A stretch of 64,000 nt of DNA from an uncultured virus (IMG/VR IMGVR_UViG_3300024518_004509) (Duplodnaviria; Heunggongvirae; Uroviricota; Caudoviricetes), in IMG/VR virus record IMGVR_UViG_3300024518_004509; one strand, written 5' to 3'. Of the stretch, positions 11,289-21,599 are shown in pieces (the stretch's first letter is position 1; each line of letters begins with the position of its first letter). The position numbers and the translations under genes were made by a program. The notes under the pieces were generated by a model, which had not been told where the DNA came from, made no database searches, and was given only the letters and a program-made list of their open reading frames with translations.

Positions 11289-12230
11289 TTAACCAGCGGC
11301 AACAGTAGTTGGAACAACCAGTGCAACAGCTAAATCAACCAAGATTAAAGCCAATGTATCGCTTTCCCCACCCAAGACTACGCCAATAGGATTTTGACGC
11401 ACACCTTGCATGTCTCCTTCTACTGCTATATTCCCTTGGATAACCAGCGTATCATAAGTTTCTCCTGCAACGACCTGAGAAGGATACTTTTTAGTATCAT
11501 TCCACATACGTCTGTCAGAGAATCCATGACGACCCATTGCTTGCTCTTCAATCCATGCCATCTTAGCAGGATCTCCTTGACCTACAGAACCAGCGACAGT
11601 TTGGGCAACTGCATATACACCTTTACCGGCTTCATCAGGTTTCCCTACTTCGAAGAATACTGTTTCAGGTCTGTCAATTCCATTATAATCACTTGCAGAG
11701 GTAATGGTCAATGACTCAAATGTAACAACATTCGTAGCAGTTGTAATAGCTACAAACACATTCCCGTCAACAACTTGCTTGTTAAATTCAGCTGCTATTG
11801 CTGCTGCCCACGTAGTTGTGGTTGCAGTATTTACAGCATCAGCTTCCAAAGCGATTACAGTTTGCTTGATTTGATTAGGTATAATACTTAAGTTATCGTG
11901 ATAGGATACTTTGAAAATACACGTTTTACCCACAGTAGGAACTGTAGTTACAGTTAAAGTTTTCTTTTGCTTTACAGCAGCCTTGTAAGGATTTAGAATA
12001 GCAGAAGTAATTCCAGCTTTTGGAATAGGACCTACTATCAGTGGTCTTGCAATGGTTCCTGTTCCTCTTGCAAACCCTAAATTAGTGGTTGTAGACAATA
12101 CACCCAGCTTAGTGTCCCAGTCAAATACAATCAATTGTCGGTCTGTCAAAGCAGCCGGATCGATGTCATTTGTGGTATTCACGTTGGCAGTGTCTATCCC
12201 CAATAATACTTTTGATACATAATTTCTCAT
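11289..12230 (-). CDS. Auxiliary capsid (decoration) protein
   Basis: 313 aa, Thr/Ala/Val-rich, GQGDP...E...G..G and YDTLVI motifs. Own terminator. Position matches the crAss auxiliary capsid gene. Confidence 0.55.
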   Translation of the reverse strand: MRNYVSKVLLGIDTANVNTTNDIDPAALTDRQLIVFDWDTKLGVLSTTTNLGFARGTGTIARPLIVGPIPKAGITSAILNPYKAAVKQKKTLTVTTVPTVGKTCIFKVSYHDNLSIIPNQIKQTVIALEADAVNTATTTTWAAAIAAEFNKQVVDGNVFVAITTATNVVTFESLTITSASDYNGIDRPETVFFEVGKPDEAGKGVYAVAQTVAGSVGQGDPAKMAWIEEQAMGRHGFSDRRMWNDTKKYPSQVVAGETYDTLVIQGNIAVEGDMQGVRQNPIGVVLGGESDTLALILVDLAVALVVPTTVAAG

Positions 12231-12257
12231 GATACGTAATTTTAATTAATAATTTAT

Positions 12258-12878
12258 TTAGGTTTTAGAAACAACAGCCTGACTCTGCAGTCGTCTGCTT
12301 TCTAAGGTTTCTAGTATGCTGGTCACTGTAGCATCTTGCAATTCCTTCATATAAATGAAGTCGATGGATGATATTTCAGTGATTTCTACAGGTTTCTTGA
12401 GATATTCATAAATTATCTTAGAACATGTAAAATTATTAACTTCAAACTTTATCTTGCTGTCAGTTAATCTGTAAACAGGTTCTTCCGGAAAAGACCTTCT
12501 CATTACATTATCTTCACGAGAAGTATTCTTTATATTGTCCAGATTACGAGTTTTCATCCAACCTGTTTCCTCATCATCACCTGCACCTATTGTCACAAAG
12601 ACCTTCATGTCCTTGATCTTTAAAAGTTCCGGCATTGCTACTGCATTTTCTGTAAGGGCTACCTCACCAGTGATTACATGTAACTTAGCCAAGTAATTTT
12701 TTATAACTTCTGAATCCAGAGCCGGAGAGTACTTACCTATGTCAAAGTTAAGAATCAAATTCTTATACGCATCGTTCGCATAGAGAAGAACTTCCTCTGG
12801 CCTTATATCTTCGTATGCGTTGGTATCAAGCCTGTTTAACTTGGCTTTTACAAAGGTAATGAACTCAGCACCAGTCAT
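12258..12878 (-). CDS. Ring/adaptor protein 1
   Basis: 206 aa, MT..EF...PEEV...N.A start and YLKKP motif. Synteny. Confidence 0.55.
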   Translation of the reverse strand: MTGAEFITFVKAKLNRLDTNAYEDIRPEEVLLYANDAYKNLILNFDIGKYSPALDSEVIKNYLAKLHVITGEVALTENAVAMPELLKIKDMKVFVTIGAGDDEETGWMKTRNLDNIKNTSREDNVMRRSFPEEPVYRLTDSKIKFEVNNFTCSKIIYEYLKKPVEITEISSIDFIYMKELQDATVTSILETLESRRLQSQAVVSKT

Positions 12879-12887
12879 AATTTATTT

Positions 12888-13778
12888 TTATTTTGCAGGT
12901 TCTTTTTTCTTTTCTTCTTTTTTCTCAGGGGTCATTGCCTTTTTAATTAGGTCCATATCACCTGATAATTTTGCTTTCAGTACAGCCTGCAGAGTTATGT
13001 CTTTTCCAATGGCTTTGGCAGCACTGTCTTTATCAAACCCTACATTGATCTCTCCATGTTTGATAGCACCGTCTTTCATTGTAAGAACTCCTTTGTCCAG
13101 GCATTTGGTCACCATTGATTTATATATCAAATCAGCATCATCTACCATAGCCAAGAACTTTTTAGGGTCCTCTTCAATTTTCTCGCCTATCTTATCTTCA
13201 ATACTGTTAGGAGAAGAAGCATCTGTGATAATCCCATATACATTAAGGATATTCATTTTTGTTTCCAGATCCAACTTATCTGCCAACACATAGGCTTTAC
13301 TCAATGAACGTCTTTCAGTTACTCTTTCTTTAGCTTCCTGCTCTTCAGAATACAATACAAATTCTACTCTGGAATCATCTTTTATTTTATGTAAACCATT
13401 AGCTACAATAGTCTGAGCAACTGCAAACATATATCTTAAAAGATCATCGGGACTCTGTAAGTCCAATTCAATTCGTTCTGAACCGATTTTGATGTTGTAG
13501 GCAATCCAGAAAGCTGAGGTTTGTTTCAGTGTTCCTTCTGCCAGATCCATAATACCTTCCATCGGTACTCGGGTTCCCTTTATATTGACAGGGCTCCCTT
13601 TTACTATGTCAACTCTGTCTTCAGTCAGACCGGTCACAGGTCTTCCATTTTTATCCACACCTGGACCTAGAGTTGTGTATGCCTCTGCATACTTTTTCAT
13701 TTTAATTAGAGGGTCAGCATAAATTTGCTTTAAAAAAATCTTCTGCGTACGATCTATTTCTTTTAATGATCTAATCAT
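12888..13778 (-). CDS. Conserved crAss-like structural protein downstream of MCP (gene 75-like / portal-vertex auxiliary)
   Basis: 296 aa, immediately after MCP. GRPVTGL, LDLQSPDD and IEEDPKKFL motifs. Confidence 0.55.
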   Translation of the reverse strand: MIRSLKEIDRTQKIFLKQIYADPLIKMKKYAEAYTTLGPGVDKNGRPVTGLTEDRVDIVKGSPVNIKGTRVPMEGIMDLAEGTLKQTSAFWIAYNIKIGSERIELDLQSPDDLLRYMFAVAQTIVANGLHKIKDDSRVEFVLYSEEQEAKERVTERRSLSKAYVLADKLDLETKMNILNVYGIITDASSPNSIEDKIGEKIEEDPKKFLAMVDDADLIYKSMVTKCLDKGVLTMKDGAIKHGEINVGFDKDSAAKAIGKDITLQAVLKAKLSGDMDLIKKAMTPEKKEEKKKEPAK

Positions 13779-13817
13779 GATATATGTCTTTTGTTGTTGT
13801 GATTCTTAATGATTTTT

Positions 13818-13880
13818 ACTTTTCTGTTGTTCAAAGGGTGGGGTTGAAGCCACCCTTTTTAACAACAAAAGATAAAAGTA
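13818..13880. terminator. Long hairpin / terminator downstream of MCP
   Basis: Core AAAGGGTGG(13833-41)/CCACCCTTT(13850-58), extended by TGTTGTT/AACAACA and TACTTTT/AAAAGTA. Confidence 0.6.
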
Positions 13881-13908
13881 CTTTGTGTACTTTTAGATAA
13901 TTATAAAA

Positions 13909-15357
13909 TTAATTCAATCTCATAATCATTTCTCCACAACTGGTTGGATCCTGAAGTTGGATACCTACCTCAGCAAGCATATGTACTTCATAACCATCCA
14001 AACCTGTTGAACGCATAGTGCTGATTGAAGCAGCTACTTCCCCGAAAGGAGTGGTAGAACCACAAACATGCCACATGGCGTTTTCAGAATTTTTCTTCGC
14101 AACCTTTCTGATGTTCGCTTTACCTTTAACAGTACCGAAGTTCAATATTGTAAATCTGTAAGATTCGATTGGCTTCTTGGTTACCGGGTGTAAAGTTCTG
14201 TTACGAACCTTATCATCATAAGGAGAAAATTCTTTAACAGTCAAAGATACACCATTCAAGAATTCAACTTTCTTGAAGTGTCCTGTTAAAGTTAAGTTGT
14301 CGCCAGTTCCGGTGATAAATGTACCAGAATTGGTTATAGTGATACCAAGTTCATTTTGTCGTGCTATAACAGCTCTGTTAAATTCCCTGATACCCATCTT
14401 ACCTGTAAGTGCAATGAAATTATAATCTCCACCCCAACGAGAAGCATTGTAGGATAAGTCCAGTAAGAACTCATCAATTGCATCATAAGTAAGTTTTGCG
14501 TAGTAATACTTATTGGCAGGAGAAATTTGTTGACGGATTCCTGCTCCGTGATATACCGGTCTTTGGTTTTTACCTTGCAATCTAACAATACCTTGAGGGT
14601 CCTTGTTATAGATAGTGTAGATAAATGATCGGTCAATCTCTTTGTACCATTGTGCAAGAGCAGTCCACTCAGCCAATTTAGTCCAAAGTTTAGTTGATTT
14701 ACCATCCTCAGAGAATAGTTCAATCACCATAACGTCTGTCGCAGCACTTCTTGATACAGCATAATGCTTTCTCAAGGTAGTCAATTGATTTTTCAATGTC
14801 ATTGGTGCAACGAAATCAGTTCCTCCACCTTTGTCAGAGAACTCTTCAACAGTAGAGAAATCCTTAGAGAATCTCGCACCTGCCAACAGTTGACTTGCAT
14901 TGATGAATTTTGTAGGATCCGGATCAGTAAGAACTGCTGTGTAAATATAATCAATACCATTATATGATACGTCAGATACTCTACATTGAGTTCCATCATC
15001 AGAAACTAAGTTATCAGAAACCTGGAATATACCTTCTTCCATTTTCCACTTGAAAGGCAGTCCACTGGTACCAGCATTACCTGATTGGAGTGGTCCGGTT
15101 ACAACGATAGCTCGTTCAGTTTGTCCGTGCAGATCCCAAGTGTATTCTCGGTTGCTGACGAACCTTGTGTTCCCAATACCTCCTGTCAACATGGACAGTA
15201 CAGTTTCATTTTGGGTACCAAATGCATAAGCCAATACAGCATCCATTCTTTCTGGCTCAGTCAAATAAGCTGCAGATAAATGGTCTGATTCCGTCATGCC
15301 AGATGGTAAAGCACGTAATTTGTGCAATTGTAAAGGTGATACATCTGTTTGAAACAT
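13909..15357 (-). CDS. Major capsid protein (crAss-like HK97 fold)
   Basis: 482 aa in the portal-scaffold-MCP order. Motifs NQLTTLRK, GAGIRQQI, TGKMGIREF, HPVTKKPIESYRFTILNFG and C-terminal GIQLQDPTSCGE. Confidence 0.88.
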   Translation of the reverse strand: MFQTDVSPLQLHKLRALPSGMTESDHLSAAYLTEPERMDAVLAYAFGTQNETVLSMLTGGIGNTRFVSNREYTWDLHGQTERAIVVTGPLQSGNAGTSGLPFKWKMEEGIFQVSDNLVSDDGTQCRVSDVSYNGIDYIYTAVLTDPDPTKFINASQLLAGARFSKDFSTVEEFSDKGGGTDFVAPMTLKNQLTTLRKHYAVSRSAATDVMVIELFSEDGKSTKLWTKLAEWTALAQWYKEIDRSFIYTIYNKDPQGIVRLQGKNQRPVYHGAGIRQQISPANKYYYAKLTYDAIDEFLLDLSYNASRWGGDYNFIALTGKMGIREFNRAVIARQNELGITITNSGTFITGTGDNLTLTGHFKKVEFLNGVSLTVKEFSPYDDKVRNRTLHPVTKKPIESYRFTILNFGTVKGKANIRKVAKKNSENAMWHVCGSTTPFGEVAASISTMRSTGLDGYEVHMLAEVGIQLQDPTSCGEMIMRLN

Positions 15358-15369
15358 AATCTTTAATTT

Positions 15370-16479
15370 TTAGTCTTCTATTTCTATTTTCTGTGGTCCG
15401 AATATTCCTGGGATAATTAACTTACCCTTGGTTTTGTTGTCAGTATCAGTAGTAACAGTTGCACTGCTATTCTTGTTTTTGACATTCTTGTCGGAAAATC
15501 GCACCAGCTTCTTTTTCCTTTGTTTTGTGAGTTTGGTCGCTTCTTCTTTGGCAAGATCTGCTTTCGTGTAATTCACGAAATCAAGGAAAGCAATTGTCAT
15601 TCGCCTGTCCTTGTCTGCCATGTTATCCTGCATCTGTGTCTTACCGGTTCTTGGCTGAACCTTGAAAAGATAATCCTTGAATGCAGTCTTTCTTTTATCA
15701 GTAAGCTCAAAACCTGCTATCTCTTTCATATCATCAATGGACTTCTTGATGTCGTCCACTTCTTTCAATGCAGCTTTTTCAGCATCTTTGGTAGCCTGTT
15801 CTTTGGCTTTTGCAGTATTTGCTATCCGTGTCTTCTGAGCTTTTGCCAGTGTATTCTTGGCAATTTCAGCTTTCTTTTCCAGCTTATCTGCAGCCTTGAT
15901 ATCCTCAATTTCCTCTTCAATATCCTCTTCTGTCATTTCCTGAGACTTGTACAAAGCCCTGAGTGTTGCTTCCTGAGCAGCTTCCTCACTAATATCGTAT
16001 TCATCCCACATCGTTTCTGCTTGTGTGGGTGTAAAAGAACTTGGATCCTCTCCGTTGATCACATGAGAATAAAACTCCTGCACTACTTCAGGGATAGCTG
16101 CTATTTCCTTCTTTAACTTGGATTGTACAGTAGCAGCCACGGCATCTGCCAATCCTGTTGTTGTTCCCTCAAACTCCTGATCTTCTTCAGCTTCTAGGAC
16201 GTCTTCTTCAAGAAGCATCGTATAGGCTTTAGAGATGTCATCTTCGGTAAACTCGTATTCCGGTTCCCCATCTCCCTTATCCTGATCATCTCCTGCATCT
16301 TCTCCCTTTTTTTCTTTCTCTGGCTCTTCAGGCTTTTCCTTAACGTCTTTAACTTCCTCACCTTTTGGGTCATCTACAGTTTCTCCTTTTTTTGGGTCCT
16401 CTTTTTTGTCATCTTTGGGTGCGTCAGTCACTTTACCGGTTACTGCCATATCACCCCAGAACGTCTTAAATTCACTCAT
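15370..16479 (-). CDS. Acidic scaffold-like protein upstream of MCP
   Basis: 369 aa, very Asp/Glu-rich and coiled-coil. Conserved position between portal and MCP. Confidence 0.65.
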   Translation of the reverse strand: MSEFKTFWGDMAVTGKVTDAPKDDKKEDPKKGETVDDPKGEEVKDVKEKPEEPEKEKKGEDAGDDQDKGDGEPEYEFTEDDISKAYTMLLEEDVLEAEEDQEFEGTTTGLADAVAATVQSKLKKEIAAIPEVVQEFYSHVINGEDPSSFTPTQAETMWDEYDISEEAAQEATLRALYKSQEMTEEDIEEEIEDIKAADKLEKKAEIAKNTLAKAQKTRIANTAKAKEQATKDAEKAALKEVDDIKKSIDDMKEIAGFELTDKRKTAFKDYLFKVQPRTGKTQMQDNMADKDRRMTIAFLDFVNYTKADLAKEEATKLTKQRKKKLVRFSDKNVKNKNSSATVTTDTDNKTKGKLIIPGIFGPQKIEIED

Positions 16480-16501
16480 GGTTACACTTTTGTTGTTGCT
16501 G

Positions 16502-16545
16502 TAAAGGTAATATAAAATTACGTATCATAACAAATTTTGTTATGA
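16502..16545 (-). promoter_or_regulatory. Bacteroidota-type promoter for the scaffold-MCP operon with overlapping palindrome
   Basis: Minus strand TTTG(16534-31)-N21-TACCTTTA(16509-02). Perfect palindrome TCATAACAAA-T-TTTGTTATGA at 16525-16545. Confidence 0.6.
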
Positions 16546-16582
16546 GTTTTTATGGTAATTTTTTTAAACCTCTATAAATCAT

Positions 16583-16843
16583 TTATTTAACCTCTTTCTT
16601 TTTAGCAGGAAGCTTCACTCCCAAGATGTTGATACGAGCTATAACATCTGTAGGTTTTAGCCTACCCTCACTGATTTGCCATGAATCCGGCTTTTCCAGT
16701 GCTCTTATATCCACACTTATCGTAATTTCTTTTTTCTCTCCTAATGTCAGGTCTGCAACACCGGGAAAATCGGACGAGTTCAGCGTAATGTGTCCGTAAC
16801 TCTTCGGCTCTTTAATTGCTTTTACTTTCGGTTTTAGTTCCAT
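16583..16843 (-). CDS. Hypothetical protein
   Basis: 86 aa ORF overlapping the portal stop, in operon orientation. Confidence 0.55.
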   Translation of the reverse strand: MELKPKVKAIKEPKSYGHITLNSSDFPGVADLTLGEKKEITISVDIRALEKPDSWQISEGRLKPTDVIARINILGVKLPAKKKEVK

Positions 16844-19268
16844 TGTTTTTAGCTTTGATTTCTTTATCCTTTAATTTAAGTTCCTGCTGTTTCTCAGAAG
16901 CTCGTGTTTTCTCCTTGTCTTTTTCAAAGTCGAGTTTATCCTCTTCAATAGTGGCATCTGCAACTATCTTGGCAATGCCTGTACCATCATCCTGCTCAGC
17001 ACTGGTCACTCCAAGTTCCAGTTTCTTAAGTAGAATATCCTTTCCTATCTCAGCATCAGATATTTGAATATCCTTGGCTCTGTCAAGTTCTTTCTCCTTG
17101 GCAGCAGCTTCGATCTTTTTCTGATTATCATCAGACGTGGCTTTTTGAGAAGCCTGTGCATTTTCCTGTGCTTTGCGTTCGCCTTCATCCAAGGCAGCTT
17201 TCGCGTAAGACATAGATGGTGAGTCAATGGTATTCGCAATATCCAGAAGAGAAGCCTTGCCTTGCTGTACTGCCATTATAAGCAGTTCTTCCATTTTGTC
17301 AAGTTTCTTACGGTCATCAAAAGAGTTGGTTACAAAACAGCCCATGTGAGAACCGTTGAGCTTATCACCGTCAATCTTCAGAGTTGCTACATCCAGCCCG
17401 TCAAGGAATTCATATTCTCCTCCATCTATATATGCTATCTTGGCAAGTTCCAGAAGTTCGTTCAGAACTGCTTCCTTGACCATATCGTGGAAATAGAACC
17501 ACGGTTTTGTGACATTGGTAGAACGTGAGATGGCAGTCTGTGCACCTGTTGCAGTCTCAGAAGGTTTGATACCACCCATACGTTGTGGTGATACACCCAT
17601 GATGTCCTCTACCAGTATCTCCAGTTTCTTTATTACTTCCATATACTGACTCACCACTTGTGAGAGTGCCATGTCAATTGACTGGAACTGGTTGAACTGT
17701 GCCACTGATGTAGGATCTCCTTTACGTCCTTCTTCCCTTGAGTTGATCCAGGCTACACCCAGATTCTCAAAATAGTACATCCATTGGTCTACATCCCATC
17801 CCATAGACTGTGGAAGTTGTGCAAGGTCCATGATGAACTTCTTGCCTTTTGCTTTTGCCAATTCCTGTTCAAGACGCCACCATACTATAATATAGGTGTA
17901 CTGATGTGACTTGACAAGGTCTACCATAGAGGTAGCCACTGAATTGATATTGTTGTAGACATACCCTATGTACGGAAGATTTTTTGTCTGGTTGTTCTTT
18001 GGACGTACATTGACAAAGATGTCACTGCCTATCATGGTTCCTTCCCATATCTCATCTTCCCACTCCCATGAAAGTTGTGCCCCTAATTCCCTAAGTTCAT
18101 CAGTCATCTTGAAAGTGTCATCCACTTCTATTTCTTCCCATTTCCCTGAACGTGGGTCCTTGTATCTCAGCATCCCTACCTTATGGAAAGAACGCCATGC
18201 ACACTGCATGATATATACATGCGAGGCAGCACCCTGATCGGCAAAGTGCCTGCGCTGTCCACCATCATATGAATAGGCAAAAGACTGATGCATACCATTC
18301 TGGAAATAAGAATGACCTGCCTGTCCATTGGATATTTTCTTTACCTGCATATCAGTAAGCACATCTCCAAATTGTGAGATGGCCTCACCAATGGGTAACC
18401 AGTATTCTTCTTTTGCCCAGTTCCCCTGATGTATAAATGTAGTATTTGCCCCCTTGTCATAATCGAACTGCAAAGGATTTACGGTTCGTGTGGAAGGATG
18501 CCCTTTTGTGATTCCTGTATAATATATCTCTTCTGCAGATACCAGTGCATGAAACCAACCAAGGTTGAACTTCAATGCCAGTTGGTCCTGATGCTTGAGC
18601 ATCTTTAATATCTTGGTATTGACACGTTCTGTAGGATCTACATAAGTGGAATTGAAACGCTCCATCTCCAGCTTGATGTCAGGCATGTTCTGACGTTGCT
18701 GCATAAGTTGTTGCATCTGCGCCTGCGCCTGTTGTAATTGTGTCTGGTCCTGAATAGTGCCTATGGCTTTGCGAAGTTCTGCTATCTGTGCTTCCAAGTC
18801 AGTTATCTGCTTATCCAACTGAAGCTCCATACGAATATGGGCTTTCATCAGATCCTTAAGCATTTCCTTCTTCTTCTGTTTCTTTGCAGATACGGCTTCT
18901 CCTGAGATGGCATACACAAAGAAATCCAGCGAAGAGTTCATCTCTTCACCTCGAAGAGTTTCCAACCTTGACCGGATTATATTGTAGTTCTGCATCTTGG
19001 TAGGAGTTCCCCCATACTTCTGCATATTGATACCCATTGGGTTAAGTACGTAATCAAAGTCCTGCTCCCTGAACTTTGAGTTTACAAGATCATAATTGAT
19101 TTCCTTGTTTTCCCGAGAACTTCTTCCCATATCATCAGTGACCGTTGACATGGATTTTATGGAGAGTACTGTATCGCGTCCCCATTTAGGTGTTTTAGAA
19201 GTACTGTTGAGATGCTGTGGTGGCATCGCGTTGGGAGAGGTAGTGTAGGCTAAGGTTTCTGTTTGCAT
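16812..19268 (-). CDS. Portal protein
   Basis: Start reassigned to MQTETL (19268), just after the TerL stop. About 818 aa with NYNII...L.GEE, EIWEGT.IG and FNQFQSID motifs of crAss-like portals. Confidence 0.88.
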   Translation of the reverse strand: MQTETLAYTTSPNAMPPQHLNSTSKTPKWGRDTVLSIKSMSTVTDDMGRSSRENKEINYDLVNSKFREQDFDYVLNPMGINMQKYGGTPTKMQNYNIIRSRLETLRGEEMNSSLDFFVYAISGEAVSAKKQKKKEMLKDLMKAHIRMELQLDKQITDLEAQIAELRKAIGTIQDQTQLQQAQAQMQQLMQQRQNMPDIKLEMERFNSTYVDPTERVNTKILKMLKHQDQLALKFNLGWFHALVSAEEIYYTGITKGHPSTRTVNPLQFDYDKGANTTFIHQGNWAKEEYWLPIGEAISQFGDVLTDMQVKKISNGQAGHSYFQNGMHQSFAYSYDGGQRRHFADQGAASHVYIMQCAWRSFHKVGMLRYKDPRSGKWEEIEVDDTFKMTDELRELGAQLSWEWEDEIWEGTMIGSDIFVNVRPKNNQTKNLPYIGYVYNNINSVATSMVDLVKSHQYTYIIVWWRLEQELAKAKGKKFIMDLAQLPQSMGWDVDQWMYYFENLGVAWINSREEGRKGDPTSVAQFNQFQSIDMALSQVVSQYMEVIKKLEILVEDIMGVSPQRMGGIKPSETATGAQTAISRSTNVTKPWFYFHDMVKEAVLNELLELAKIAYIDGGEYEFLDGLDVATLKIDGDKLNGSHMGCFVTNSFDDRKKLDKMEELLIMAVQQGKASLLDIANTIDSPSMSYAKAALDEGERKAQENAQASQKATSDDNQKKIEAAAKEKELDRAKDIQISDAEIGKDILLKKLELGVTSAEQDDGTGIAKIVADATIEEDKLDFEKDKEKTRASEKQQELKLKDKEIKAKNNGTKTESKSN

Positions 19269-19272
19269 GATT

Positions 19273-21597
19273 TTATCTTCTATTATGTGACATATTCCCT
19301 GCGAATAATTTTCTATTGAAGAAGTCCGGAGGTGTATTGTCATCCTCCCGATCTTTCTGTTCTGCTTCTTTACGCTTCTCTTCAATTATAATGTTCCTCA
19401 TTTGTATGAGCTGGATAACTGCAAGCATAAGTGCGATCACCCTGTCGAAGTTGCCATCCACATTATAAGAGATCAACTCTTTGAGCAAAGGTATAGATTT
19501 TATTGTATGTAATTGCAATTTTCCATCGCCAATTGGTGTTAAGAGCCATTCGCGTAGGTAAATCTCTGCTTCATTCTTTACCGTTGTACTCATATGTTGC
19601 CCGTAAATTCTTGTCTTTGCAGTCTTGGAAGTCTCATTGGCTTTCAACACTCCGGGTGTAAATGCCAACAATCCGATAGAGTACATTTTCTTGAAATGAT
19701 CCTTTATCATTTGCTTCTCATTCTCATACAAACACTGCGCATCTCCGTAATACAACAACAATCTTCGAGCCTGTTCATAGAACGTAGTGGCGAGTTGAGG
19801 TCTTCCGGTGTATTCGGCAACAATTCTGTCGTACCCACCATTGAGCGCTGTACCTCGCCTGACAACTATTATTGAGCCTAAAGATACGGAATTTGGTGCA
19901 ATATCAAAATCGTATGGATCCAGACCTCCACAATACCACCCGTATTCTGCATCTTTATCAGGTGGTTCCCATATGACAACAGCACCGTGATTGTTGTCAG
20001 TAGCCTTTACAGGATAGTCCGTCGGGAACTTATCATCATCCAGTTTAAAGCTTACTTCCCCTTGGTCATCAATATGCATCCAACCTGAGATTCCCTTGAT
20101 AGCCGGATCACTTTGCATGGAAAGCATGTTGTCCATATGTTCTTTTAAGTCTGCACCAGGCAAAATGGAATTGTGCGTTAACAAGAATACTTCAGAGTGT
20201 ACCAGTGGTCGTTGTACGATCTCATCTTCATAAGCCTGTTTCTTCTTGACATTTCTCTTAAGACGTTCACGAGTCTTGTGCAGATACCTGACAGCAGCTC
20301 TCCAATTGGTATTACCCAGTTCATCTTTGAACTGATTAAGTGTCATCCATGCAGGAACAAAGAATCCTATTTTCGTCATATATCCTTCGAACTCATCATC
20401 AAATTCCAGACAGTCGAATGCACCCGGAGAATAGAACACCTGTTTTACAGCTTCCGTTGCACCACCTGTCATGTCCCCACCTGTTCCAGTCATCCAGATA
20501 ACACCTTGTTTAACGGTTCCATCTGCCGCTGCTTCTTTCATTTGCCCAAGAACTTCGATAAGGTTCACCATGAATCCTACCTCATCAATCACTGACCAGT
20601 TGGGACGTGTACCGTTGGCCGCCACATGATTGTCCTTGAAACTCCTGTGTTGTATAAGTGAGGCAGAACCTTTACGGCTCCATTGTCCACCTATCTTGAT
20701 GTCATATCCTGCAGTGATGGTCTTACCGGATTCCCAAGAACCTGAATACCTTTTATGGAATGGTGAAGGATAATCCTGATCTCCTATCTTTCTCCTGCCG
20801 GGCAAATTGTTGAGCCCTAACTTCATTTTAGAGATAAGGTCATTGGAATACTTGGTGTCAATAGCGCCTACAAGTGTCTCGGATGTCATCTGCTCATCAT
20901 TTTGCTTGAGTTCCAGATACTCATCATAATCCGTAGCCCCATCGAACAGAAAATTATGTGCCAGACAAGAAGAAGCCCAATAGGATTTCCCACCTCCCCT
21001 TGCTTCCATGTCAGCCATATTGAATGACATGTTGAAGTATTCAGCCTTACCAAGATCCTTTTTGAAATACATCCTCAGATAATCCCTGGCAGGCATGAAT
21101 TTCTTGAACTCTCCTTTGGAATTTATAATGGCACCCTTGATGAGTTCAGGACTGTTGTACTCCATCATGGTATCCTCAAAATCCTGTGGGTCCTTAATGG
21201 GATCGATGTCCTTTAATATAGTATGACAGGTAAACTCATCGTCATCCTCAAAACCGGAAAAGCCCCGTGCTTCTTCATGAAGTTGGGCTTTTATCCATTC
21301 CAGATCCCGAAGGAAAGGTATACCTGTTCTCTTTAATTTCGACTTGCTTCCTTTTGGTGTGAGTTTTATTTTCCAGAAGTTCACAAACCAGTACAGAGGT
21401 CCAGATACCCATTTATGATCTCCTTCATGCTCTACCCAATACCCATCAATACATCTTCGTTTCTGCTCTTTCCAGTAACGCATATACTTGACCCCTAAAG
21501 GATTTAGTATAGGTGGATTGATAGCATCCTTTACTTTCTCTACAGGTATTCGATTCTTGTAGAGAATCCACATGTCATCATGTATGGGTAGCGCCAT
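19273..21597 (-). CDS. terL: Terminase large subunit
   Basis: Walker A EARGGGKS, Walker B VIDEVG, RNase H-like GGLDPYD and GNFDRVIA. Adjacent to portal. Confidence 0.93.
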   Translation of the reverse strand: MALPIHDDMWILYKNRIPVEKVKDAINPPILNPLGVKYMRYWKEQKRRCIDGYWVEHEGDHKWVSGPLYWFVNFWKIKLTPKGSKSKLKRTGIPFLRDLEWIKAQLHEEARGFSGFEDDDEFTCHTILKDIDPIKDPQDFEDTMMEYNSPELIKGAIINSKGEFKKFMPARDYLRMYFKKDLGKAEYFNMSFNMADMEARGGGKSYWASSCLAHNFLFDGATDYDEYLELKQNDEQMTSETLVGAIDTKYSNDLISKMKLGLNNLPGRRKIGDQDYPSPFHKRYSGSWESGKTITAGYDIKIGGQWSRKGSASLIQHRSFKDNHVAANGTRPNWSVIDEVGFMVNLIEVLGQMKEAAADGTVKQGVIWMTGTGGDMTGGATEAVKQVFYSPGAFDCLEFDDEFEGYMTKIGFFVPAWMTLNQFKDELGNTNWRAAVRYLHKTRERLKRNVKKKQAYEDEIVQRPLVHSEVFLLTHNSILPGADLKEHMDNMLSMQSDPAIKGISGWMHIDDQGEVSFKLDDDKFPTDYPVKATDNNHGAVVIWEPPDKDAEYGWYCGGLDPYDFDIAPNSVSLGSIIVVRRGTALNGGYDRIVAEYTGRPQLATTFYEQARRLLLYYGDAQCLYENEKQMIKDHFKKMYSIGLLAFTPGVLKANETSKTAKTRIYGQHMSTTVKNEAEIYLREWLLTPIGDGKLQLHTIKSIPLLKELISYNVDGNFDRVIALMLAVIQLIQMRNIIIEEKRKEAEQKDREDDNTPPDFFNRKLFAGNMSHNRR

Positions 21598-21599
21598 AT

